This document shows positions 38,294-44,906 of a DNA stretch of 62,742 nt, piece after piece; position 1 is the stretch's first letter, and every line of letters begins with the position of its first letter. The notes below the pieces were generated by a model that did not search any database, was not told the origin of the DNA, and saw only the letters and a list, made by a program, of their open reading frames with translations. Made by a program: the position numbers and the translations under genes. This DNA is from Patescibacteria group bacterium (GTDB taxonomy: Bacteria > Patescibacteriota > Doudnabacteria > UBA920 > O2-02-FULL-48-8): contig DASWFI010000156.1 of the NCBI GenBank assembly GCA_036394315.1, forward strand, positions 1 to 62,742. Reading direction: 5' to 3'.

Positions 38294-38965
38294 ACTCCGA
38301 TCATTTAGTGTTCTGGAGATCTGGTCGAGATGGACCCGGGACACCTTTCCTTCCCAAATCGCAGTGTGTTTTTCCATCTCAATTGCAATCCGAGCGTCGT
38401 AGTTCGCGGTATGCCGAAACGCCTTGCGCATGAGCTCGAGTCTGAATTGCAGCGTTGGACCGCCTTCACAGCGCAACTCTTCGAGCAGACGCGGATAGTC
38501 CGTGGGATCCGCTACCACGAGTACATCGCGGAAATTCTTGGCTGCGGCGCGAAGCAGTGAAGGACCGCCAATGTCGATCTGCTCAATGAGCTCGTCGAAA
38601 GGGGTGTTCCGATTGTCTGCAGCTTTTGCGAATGGATAGAGGTTCACTACTACGAGGCTGATCTCAGCGCTTTTCAGAACATTGGTCATTTCATCCATGT
38701 CCGCGGGATCATTGCGGCGAGCCAGAATGCCACCGAAAATCTTGGGATGCAGGGTCTTCACCCGACCACCCATGACTTCGGGGCTGCCCGTGAATGACGC
38801 CACATCCATTACCGGGAGACTCTCTTCCTTCAGTTTCTTAGCCGTGCCGCCCGTGGACAACACCATCAGGCCGTTGCCGAAAATCTTCTTCAAACCTGTT
38901 ACTAGATCGGTGAGCCCTGTTTTGTCTGATACGCTTGCCAACATCCTGAATGTATTCACGTCCAT
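38291..38965 (-). CDS. purH: MGS-like/IMP cyclohydrolase domain protein (N-terminal half of PurH)
   Basis: 224-aa ORF with LASVSDKTGL, STGGTAK, GGRVKTLHPKI.GGILARR and VVVNLYPF. It ends where the PurH interdomain linker ends. Confidence 0.85.
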   Translation of the reverse strand: MDVNTFRMLASVSDKTGLTDLVTGLKKIFGNGLMVLSTGGTAKKLKEESLPVMDVASFTGSPEVMGGRVKTLHPKIFGGILARRNDPADMDEMTNVLKSAEISLVVVNLYPFAKAADNRNTPFDELIEQIDIGGPSLLRAAAKNFRDVLVVADPTDYPRLLEELRCEGGPTLQFRLELMRKAFRHTANYDARIAIEMEKHTAIWEGKVSRVHLDQISRTLNDRS

Positions 38966-38981
38966 CCTCCATCTAAAAAGT

Positions 38982-39037
38982 TTTTGTACTAGCTCCTGTG
39001 ATCATAAGCTATCATACTTGGATGAAAAGAAAAAGGA
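38982..39037 (-). promoter_or_regulatory. promoter/operator-like module R3 (repeat of 38201..38257)
   Basis: Shared sequence CATCCAAGTATG.TA.CTTA..ATCACAGGAGCTA(G)GTACAAAA, with an imperfect palindrome ATCATAA-G-CTATCAT and a TATGAT -10 candidate. Confidence 0.4.
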
Positions 39038-39050
39038 CCAATATTTGGTC

Positions 39051-39275
39051 CTAGTCGAAATCGCGGCCGATCGGTTCCTGCTCTTTCGCAGGTGCAGGAT
39101 GGCCGTGAATAACCACCTCGCTCTCATACTCCCGCACTTCCTCGGGCTTACCGTGGTCAACGGCGCCGTGGCTCATGCGATAATCGTTCCTGGCTTTCAT
39201 GGTGCGGTCGTCGCGATTGACTGAGGCCATTTGTCCCCAGGCATCAGGTCCCATCATCGGTCCCTCCTTTATCAA
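39051..39275 (-). CDS. hypothetical protein (74 aa)
   Basis: GC-rich ORF 3 nt downstream of the HicB-like ORF, followed by the hairpin AGGACCAAATATTGGTCCT. No recognisable motif. Confidence 0.4.
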   Translation of the reverse strand: MIKEGPMMGPDAWGQMASVNRDDRTMKARNDYRMSHGAVDHGKPEEVREYESEVVIHGHPAPAKEQEPIGRDFD

Positions 39276-39278
39276 ATA

Positions 39279-39560
39279 TCAAACTGGCAAATTCTCGGCC
39301 TGCCGATGACTCTCAAGATATTCCTGAGGGGCGCCGGGCAGCTGATCGAGTGAGACACCCTGCTTCTGTAATTCAGCAAGTTCGTGTTGCAGGGCTTTAG
39401 TAATCGATTCCAGAGCTCTCCAGGCGTCAGAACCGACTCTGCTTACATTGTGCAACTGGAGGCATTGGGCGAACCAATACCCATCCTGTTCCTTCACGAT
39501 TACAACATCGACTCGGATAGTTCCTACCGTCACAGTGTTCTTGTAAGTTGGCGAGCTCAA
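39279..39560 (-). CDS. HicB-like/UPF0150-like small protein (possible antitoxin fold)
   Basis: 93-aa ORF with a TTG start 4 nt after GGAGGA. DGYWFAQCLQL..VGSDAWRALESITKAL resembles the HicB N-terminal fold pattern. This is weak. Confidence 0.4.
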   Translation of the reverse strand: MSSPTYKNTVTVGTIRVDVVIVKEQDGYWFAQCLQLHNVSRVGSDAWRALESITKALQHELAELQKQGVSLDQLPGAPQEYLESHRQAENLPV

Positions 39561-39604
39561 AGTGTCCTCCTCGAAAATCGACTAGGCTTTCACCCACACA
39601 CCAA

Positions 39605-39682
39605 TGGTGTCCTCGGTGCGAGTCGAACGCACGGCCTTTCCCTTCGGAGGGGAACGCTCTAAATCCACTGAGCTACGAGGAC
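39605..39682 (-). tRNA. tRNA-Arg (anticodon CCG), CCA encoded
   Basis: Hand-folded cloverleaf: acceptor GTCCTCG/CGAGGAC, D stem GCTC/GAGC, anticodon stem TTCCC/GGGAA with loop CTCCGAA, T arm GTGCG-TTCGACT-CGCAC, discriminator A, then CCA. Confidence 0.85.
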
Positions 39683-39715
39683 CAATTCATTAGTGTGCAG
39701 GCGAATGCCAAATTG

Positions 39716-40231
39716 TTAGTGTCGGGCGTTGCCTTTTCTGATGGGCATCAAATACTTGCGTGTGTCAGTATCCAGATCCAAGTAATAATCTACCAGATCG
39801 CGCATTTTGGATGAGGTTGATTTACCAAATGATACCAGTTCCACTCGCACGCCCTGAATCTGTAAGTATTCCAATAATGGAATATAATCCCCATCACCGG
39901 AAGCCAGGACCACTACATCCAATTTGGGAATCAGCTTAATAATATCCATGACAATACCCACATCCCAGTCGCCTTTTTTAGCACCACCATAAAAACTCTG
40001 CAATTCTTTCAATTTGACTTCAAATCCGGCTTTTCTCAAGGCATCAAAAAAAGTTCCTTCTTCCGGCATATCCGCTTTAATGCCATAGGCGATGGCGCGG
40101 ACTAAGGGTCGCTCTCCCACAGCATCCTTCAAAACTGCATTAAAATTTACTCTGGAATTATAAACGTTTCTGGCGGTGTAATATAAATTTTGAATATCCA
40201 CAAACAAACCAACACGTTGTTCTGCTTTCAT
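39716..40231 (-). CDS. NYN-domain (LabA-like) protein
   Basis: 171-aa ORF with VGLFVDIQNLYY, DVGIVMD and LASGDGDYIPLL. It lies 16 nt downstream of rmuC. Confidence 0.75.
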   Translation of the reverse strand: MKAEQRVGLFVDIQNLYYTARNVYNSRVNFNAVLKDAVGERPLVRAIAYGIKADMPEEGTFFDALRKAGFEVKLKELQSFYGGAKKGDWDVGIVMDIIKLIPKLDVVVLASGDGDYIPLLEYLQIQGVRVELVSFGKSTSSKMRDLVDYYLDLDTDTRKYLMPIRKGNARH

Positions 40232-40247
40232 ATTTTTTAAAAATTAA

Positions 40248-41252
40248 TTATAACAATTTTTCACTTATTTCCTCGACCTTTTTTTCTTCTAACTGTAAAT
40301 TCGATGCGTTCGCAATCTGACTTTTTAGTTTACTATAACCATCAATGGCAGTACCCATGGTATTGTTCGTATTTTTCACGTGATTGGCCAAAGTATCAAG
40401 AATTCTATTAAATTTATCCGATTCCTGCCGGATGCCATTGATCATGGCGAGTACGCTTTGGGCGGCTTTGCTGATCTGTTGGCCGCGAAGTGATACCAAA
40501 AGTCCCCGCAAAGTTATGTTCAAAGTATTCGGGCCCACGATCACGACTTTTTTCGTCCGAGTGTACATCTGAGTCTCTTGATCATTCGCTGCTTCCATAT
40601 ATACTCCTTCGCTTGGTATAAACATCAAGGCATAATCAAACGTCCCTTCCTGAGGTAAAATATATTTTTTGTGAATTTCATCAATGCGTTTTTTCACGTC
40701 TTTGAGAAATGCCTTCTTCAGACTATCAGCGGCCTCATCAGTTTTCGCCTCCTTATATAACCGATAGTTCTCCATGCTGAACTTACTGTCCACGGGAAGC
40801 AAAAGATCCCCGATCACTATCGCAGCATCTACAACTTCGCCATTTTTAAATCTATACTGGAATTTACAAAACTCTTTCGGGAAGACATCGGTCAATAAAT
40901 TTTCCAGAACCTCTTCGCCAAAATTCCCTCGAAGTTTCGGAGAAGCCAGCGTTTCGGTCAAACGCCGAATGTCCGGGCCGATTTGCCCCACGCTTCCCAG
41001 TTCTTTACTGAGCTGGGCGATGACTCGTCCGGCATTATCCAGTCTTTCATTGACCGCGCGATTCAATTCCTGGATATTTTTTTCAGTGGTTTCCTTGCTG
41101 TTTTCCGTTCCTTGTTTTATCTCTTTCATCCACTCCATCATGATCTTCAGCGCTTCATCCTCTTTCTTCGGCTCTTCTTTTTTCCGCATCTGGAAGTAAA
41201 GTATTGCTCCCAAGCCGATGATAATTATTACTAATAATATATTGGATTGCAT
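40248..41252 (-). CDS. rmuC: DNA recombination protein RmuC
   Basis: 334-aa ORF with an N-terminal TM helix, a coiled coil, and RGNFGE..LE..L and MFIPSEG motifs. Confidence 0.8.
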   Translation of the reverse strand: MQSNILLVIIIIGLGAILYFQMRKKEEPKKEDEALKIMMEWMKEIKQGTENSKETTEKNIQELNRAVNERLDNAGRVIAQLSKELGSVGQIGPDIRRLTETLASPKLRGNFGEEVLENLLTDVFPKEFCKFQYRFKNGEVVDAAIVIGDLLLPVDSKFSMENYRLYKEAKTDEAADSLKKAFLKDVKKRIDEIHKKYILPQEGTFDYALMFIPSEGVYMEAANDQETQMYTRTKKVVIVGPNTLNITLRGLLVSLRGQQISKAAQSVLAMINGIRQESDKFNRILDTLANHVKNTNNTMGTAIDGYSKLKSQIANASNLQLEEKKVEEISEKLL

Positions 41253-41321
41253 ATGCTGATTATATCAAATATTTTGGGTTAAGACTATCCGATCAGGCCC
41301 TCAAAGCTGGCGCTTATAATG

Positions 41322-41350
41322 TTGACTAAAGATAGCATTTTGGGTATAAT
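41322..41350 (+). promoter_or_regulatory. near-consensus sigma70 promoter for the MreB-like operon
   Basis: TTGACT (41322-41327), 17-nt spacer, TATAAT (41345-41350). An 8-bp leader hairpin follows at 41354-41376. Confidence 0.55.
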
Positions 41351-41461
41351 CCGCTTTGTCCTGATGAGGGACAAAGTTTACGCCGGCCTATCAAAATGGT
41401 TGGCAAAAATTGTAGATTCACAATCAACAGTCGGGTGCCGGGGACGGCAACGGAGGGTCAT

Positions 41462-42724
41462 ATGCTGAGTAAACTGGGCGACATGGCGGATGACATGCTG
41501 AACAACCGCATGCTTGCGTTTGACATCGGTACGGAAAAAGTCCGCGCGTGGGAGAGAAAAAAGGGACTAATCGTCTTTTCCCCCGAAGGGGAGACCGATG
41601 AAGAACGCTATACCACGGCCAATGCCACGGCTCGAGGCGTTGCCGATGGCAGGGATCTCCTTGCTGTAGGCGACGACGCCTTGAAGTTGCAAGGACGCAG
41701 TCTCAAGACACGCGTGCAAGTCAGACAGCCGTACAATGATGGAGCCATCAGAGTCACCGACGAAGATCATGAGGCTGTGCGTGACATGCTGGAGTACGGC
41801 CTTGAGGTGGTCTACGGCAAATTCGGGAGTTGGCGACGGACGAGCAGTATCGGGCCAAGCTTTCCGACCACAATCTTGACCGCCATTACCCACTGCAGCA
41901 CGACGGACGAGCAGAAATCTCTCGAAAACACCATTCGCGAGCTCAACTGTCTGCCTCGAATCGTGGGTCAACCGGTGGCAACGGCGATCGGCGCCGGTAT
42001 CCCTGTTCATGAAATCCCCGCGTCCTTCCTTGTCGACATCGGTGGTGGCACGACGGGAGTCGCCGTGATCTCGATGTACAACATCGCCGCGGAGCCTGTA
42101 GATTACAAAATCGGGAGCCGGAAAATCAGCTGGGCGATCATCGACGGGATCAGAGACGATCTCGGGATGCTCGTCGGCCCCCCGACAGCGGAATTCCTGA
42201 AGCGCAATCTCTTGACCCTGGGTAAGATCTCCTACGACGAAAGCAGGGTCGTGAGAGGCAAACCGATCCAGGGTGGCAAAGCGGAACCCATCAAGATATC
42301 CCAACGGCAACTCCAGAAATGGGTTCGGCCTCTTCTGATGAAGGAGCTCGTCGAGCCCCTTCGCATCTACCTGGAGGATCTGACACCAGAGCTTCATGCG
42401 GATATCCAGGAAAGGCACATCCAGCTCGCCGGAGGAGGATCACTCGTCAAGGAGTTCGATGAGTTCCTGACGGAGGAGGTGGGGATCAAAGTCGAATGGG
42501 TAGAGAACCCGATGTTCTCGTTGATCATCGGCCTGGGCAAGATGCTTAATGACCCGAAGCTGCTCAAACTGGCGGAACAGAGCTTGCTTTCGGAGAACGA
42601 GAAACGGATGCTGAAGGCTTGTAACCGCGCCGAGGAACCCGATTCTTCAGCTCAGCTCGTCGTGCGAGCTCCCCAAAAGCTTGATACGACGATTCCGGGA
42701 ATTCCCGAGGTTAACCATGCTTGA
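41462..42724 (+). CDS. divergent MreB-like actin-family ATPase
   Basis: PVATAIGAGIPVHE..SFLVDIGGGTTGVAVIS and IQLAGGGSLV closely parallel E. coli MreB motifs. The phosphate-1 motif is altered (FDIGTEKV). The ATG at 41462 after GGAGGG is preferred over the track start at 41396. Confidence 0.8.
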   Translation: MLSKLGDMADDMLNNRMLAFDIGTEKVRAWERKKGLIVFSPEGETDEERYTTANATARGVADGRDLLAVGDDALKLQGRSLKTRVQVRQPYNDGAIRVTDEDHEAVRDMLEYGLEVVYGKFGSWRRTSSIGPSFPTTILTAITHCSTTDEQKSLENTIRELNCLPRIVGQPVATAIGAGIPVHEIPASFLVDIGGGTTGVAVISMYNIAAEPVDYKIGSRKISWAIIDGIRDDLGMLVGPPTAEFLKRNLLTLGKISYDESRVVRGKPIQGGKAEPIKISQRQLQKWVRPLLMKELVEPLRIYLEDLTPELHADIQERHIQLAGGGSLVKEFDEFLTEEVGIKVEWVENPMFSLIIGLGKMLNDPKLLKLAEQSLLSENEKRMLKACNRAEEPDSSAQLVVRAPQKLDTTIPGIPEVNHA

Positions 42725-43301
42725 TGCCATCGAGGCTGAGCAGCAGGTAGTTCACTTCGACGAGTGGGCCGACGAAGATCAAGTCTCTCAAACCGTCGAC
42801 AAATTGGAGGCGAAGGCCCGTTGGACAAAACGCCTCCGAATCATCGCGATCGTTCTAGGACTTTCACTTCTCGGACTTCTTCTGGTCCAAACCTGGAGAC
42901 ATCGCGACAAGCTGGCTTTCTTCAAATCTAGGCCAGCCAGAACTGACACAGTTGATCGAACGAACAGCGAGCTACGAGCAGAAATCGATCAACTCAAGCG
43001 CCGGCTGAACGAAGTGGAAAAGCTGGCTACACATCCGCCCGCCCCACCAACAGTTGCCAAAGCTCAATCACTACCCGAGCCGAAGCCTGTACCTATAACG
43101 CATAAGCTGCCGAAAGCCAAACCGGCAGTCAAGCAAGAACCGGTCATCCTGGCGACCGTACCCCCGCCAGAAGACCCAGAACGGAGGAATGTTAATCCAT
43201 CCCTGCCTACTCGAGATCGGATCTCTGTCGATATATCCCCAGAAATGAGGGAAGTGATCCGAAAACGATGGGCCGCGAGGTTGGAAAGTACGCCACGCTA
43301 G
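42717..43301 (+). CDS. single-pass membrane protein with coiled coil and Pro-rich tail (partner of the MreB-like gene)
   Basis: The ATG at 42717 overlaps the upstream TGA (ATGCTTGA). The order is a TM helix (IIAIVLGLSLLGLLLV), then ELRAEIDQLKRRLNEVEKL, then a PxP-rich C-terminus. Confidence 0.55.
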   Translation: MLDAIEAEQQVVHFDEWADEDQVSQTVDKLEAKARWTKRLRIIAIVLGLSLLGLLLVQTWRHRDKLAFFKSRPARTDTVDRTNSELRAEIDQLKRRLNEVEKLATHPPAPPTVAKAQSLPEPKPVPITHKLPKAKPAVKQEPVILATVPPPEDPERRNVNPSLPTRDRISVDISPEMREVIRKRWAARLESTPR

Positions 43302-43441
43302 CACACATATGCTGGCGTCTTTTTTTGCCTCGACTTCTCTCTTGATTTTTTAAAGGGTAAGGCATATAATCTATAAGCTTACAGGATTTCGATTCCCAGG
43401 TGACATACGGAAATCCGGACCTGTTTTTTATTTAGCAACGT

Positions 43442-43516
43442 CGCGGGGTAGAGAAATGGCATCTCGCAAGGCTCATAACCTTGAGATTGTGGGTTCGAGT
43501 CCCACCCCCGCAACCA
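43442..43516 (+). tRNA. tRNA-Met (CAT), probable initiator tRNA-fMet, CCA encoded
   Basis: Hand fold: CGCGGGG..CCCCGCA acceptor with a C1xA72 mismatch, an A11:T24 pair in the D stem, anticodon loop CTCATAA, T arm GTGGG-TTCGAGT-CCCAC. Confidence 0.8.
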
Positions 43517-43540
43517 AGAAAATAATTCCCATACGACTTC

Positions 43541-43616
43541 GGCTGGGTAGCTCAATCGGTAGAGCGTGGGACTCATAAGCCCGAGGTAGTGGGTTCGAAA
43601 CCCACCCCAGCCACCA
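43541..43616 (+). tRNA. tRNA with CAT anticodon (elongator Met or lysidine-modified Ile2), CCA encoded
   Basis: Hand fold: acceptor GGCTGGG/CCCAGCC, D stem GCTC/GAGC, loop CTCATAA, T arm GTGGG-TTCGAAA-CCCAC. The anticodon stem has a 31-39 A/G mismatch. Confidence 0.7.
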
Positions 43617-43617
43617 C

Positions 43618-43695
43618 GGGTCCGTGGTGTAGCCCGGTTAACACGTCTCCCTGTCACGGAGAAGACCGCCGGTTCAAATCCGGTCGGACCCGCCA
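43618..43695 (+). tRNA. tRNA-Asp (GTC), CCA encoded
   Basis: Hand fold: acceptor GGGTCCG/CGGACCC, D stem GTGT/ACAC, anticodon stem TCTCC/GGAGA with loop CTGTCAC, T loop TTCAAAT. It starts 1 nt after the preceding CCA. Confidence 0.85.
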
Positions 43696-43700
43696 CAAAA

Positions 43701-43730
43701 AACACCTTGTGATCAGCAAGATGTTTTTTG
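43701..43730 (+). terminator. terminator after the tRNA cluster
   Basis: AACACCTTG / CAAGATGTT stem (one mismatch) followed by TTTTTTG. Confidence 0.55.
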
Positions 43731-43760
43731 TTTATGGCCAAAATCACTTTGGAACAACGA

Positions 43761-43789
43761 TTGACAAAATGACCAATATTTGCTAATAT
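43761..43789 (+). promoter_or_regulatory. consensus-like extended -10 promoter
   Basis: TTGACA (43761-43766), 17-nt spacer, TGCTAATAT (43781-43789). Confidence 0.6.
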
Positions 43790-43914
43790 GTTTTGTTCAT
43801 ATAATATATTCTGCATTAGCGAAAAGAGTATGGAAATATACTTTTCTCGGTACTGCGGAAACGCAGAAATTCCCACTCGCCACTTTGGCGAAGTGTTTGT
43901 AGGAGGAATTCACA

Positions 43915-44397
43915 ATGAAAGTTGAAGTGCTCGGCTACAGAAACGACCATCAGCTTCCCGAGTTCGTCGAGCCCGAACAAGTTCGCGAAATCGAAGTCCC
44001 CGATGATTCGCACGCCGTGATCGTGCGCCGCGGAGTGTTCATGTACGGCGGAGAGATGCCGTCGTGGCAGCCGGAAGATGGATTCATCCTTCCGGAGACT
44101 CTGGAGTTTCGTTCACTTCCGATCGATCACGAGAGCCACGAGTCCTGCACCCAGTTCGGTGCCTGCGACCTGGTGACGGTGACCTACCTCGTCGTCGCCA
44201 AGGAACCATTCGAGTTGACGCGGACGCTTGCTGCCTGCGACGAGAACTGGGGCAGCGACCACCCGACAGAGATCGAGGAGAAAGTGGCCTCGAAGCCGAT
44301 CAAAGAGGTCATTTGTGCGTGGACGGCCGCAAAAGGGCAGCAATTGCTTCAAGGAGCAGTGGAAGCCAAGGGCAACATTTGGGCGCCCGAAGATTAG
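43915..44397 (+). CDS. hypothetical acidic protein (GC-rich orphan)
   Basis: 160-aa ORF. AGGAGG (43901-43906) lies 8 nt before the ATG. No recognisable motif. Confidence 0.55.
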   Translation: MKVEVLGYRNDHQLPEFVEPEQVREIEVPDDSHAVIVRRGVFMYGGEMPSWQPEDGFILPETLEFRSLPIDHESHESCTQFGACDLVTVTYLVVAKEPFELTRTLAACDENWGSDHPTEIEEKVASKPIKEVICAWTAAKGQQLLQGAVEAKGNIWAPED

Positions 44398-44610
44398 GCG
44401 CAACGCTGGGAGCGAATGTCATCTGACTTCGTTCCCAGTTCTCTCAACGATTGGAAAGTAATAATTATTTTATAGTTATTAGTTTTCAGTTCCTGAAGTG
44501 TGCAACTGCCACCTGCAATTGTATGGGTGGGAAGTTAGTTAGTTAAGCACAACCGCAAGGAAGTGCTTTTTTGTTCGCTAAGTTGACAAGATTTGTTCAG
44601 GGTTATTAAT

Positions 44611-44842
44611 ATGTTGACTCCTCAAGATATTGAATTGATGCAGAAAGTATTTGCCACCAAAGAAGATTTGGAGTCTTTAGCGTCAAAAGAAGACGTGAGA
44701 ACTCTTCAAATCTCAATTGATGCTTTAGCCAAAAAAGGCCAAAGATTTTCGTGATGAGCACATCGTACATCGTCGGCTTGAGACGTTGGAGAGCTGGGCA
44801 AAAAAGGTTTCAGAAAAAATCGGCATTCCTCTACCTTTTTAA
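44611..44842 (+). pseudogene. small coiled-coil ORF split by a frameshift in an A6 run
   Basis: Frame 0 gives MLTPQDIELMQKVFATKEDLESLASKEDVRTLQISIDALAKKGQRFS*. The +1 frame continues KKAKDFRDEHIVHRRLETLESWAKKVSEKIGIPLPF*. The junction is at AAAAAA, 44731-44736. Confidence 0.3.
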
Positions 44843-44906
44843 TTTACCTAAAAAAATCTAATAAACACCGGTGGCAAAGGCATGCTAGATGTTTTTGTTT
44901 GTGCAA

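Noticed and set aside
36360-39700. Classical tRNA-targeted genomic island with integrase and att repeats
   Set aside because: No recombinase ORF and no duplication of the tRNA-Arg 3-prime segment could be found at the distal edge. Only the adjacency and the composition shift are reported.
41354-41376. Leader hairpin whose loop reads CUGAUGAG, reminiscent of the hammerhead ribozyme core
   Set aside because: Only the CUGAUGA box is present. There is no GAAA box, no stem II/III arrangement and no cleavage triplet in a compatible position. It is a simple 8-bp stem-loop at the 5-prime end of the MreB-like transcript.
43379-43876. 165-aa minus-strand ORF
   Set aside because: It runs antisense straight through three well-folded tRNA genes and a terminator, so it is not coding.
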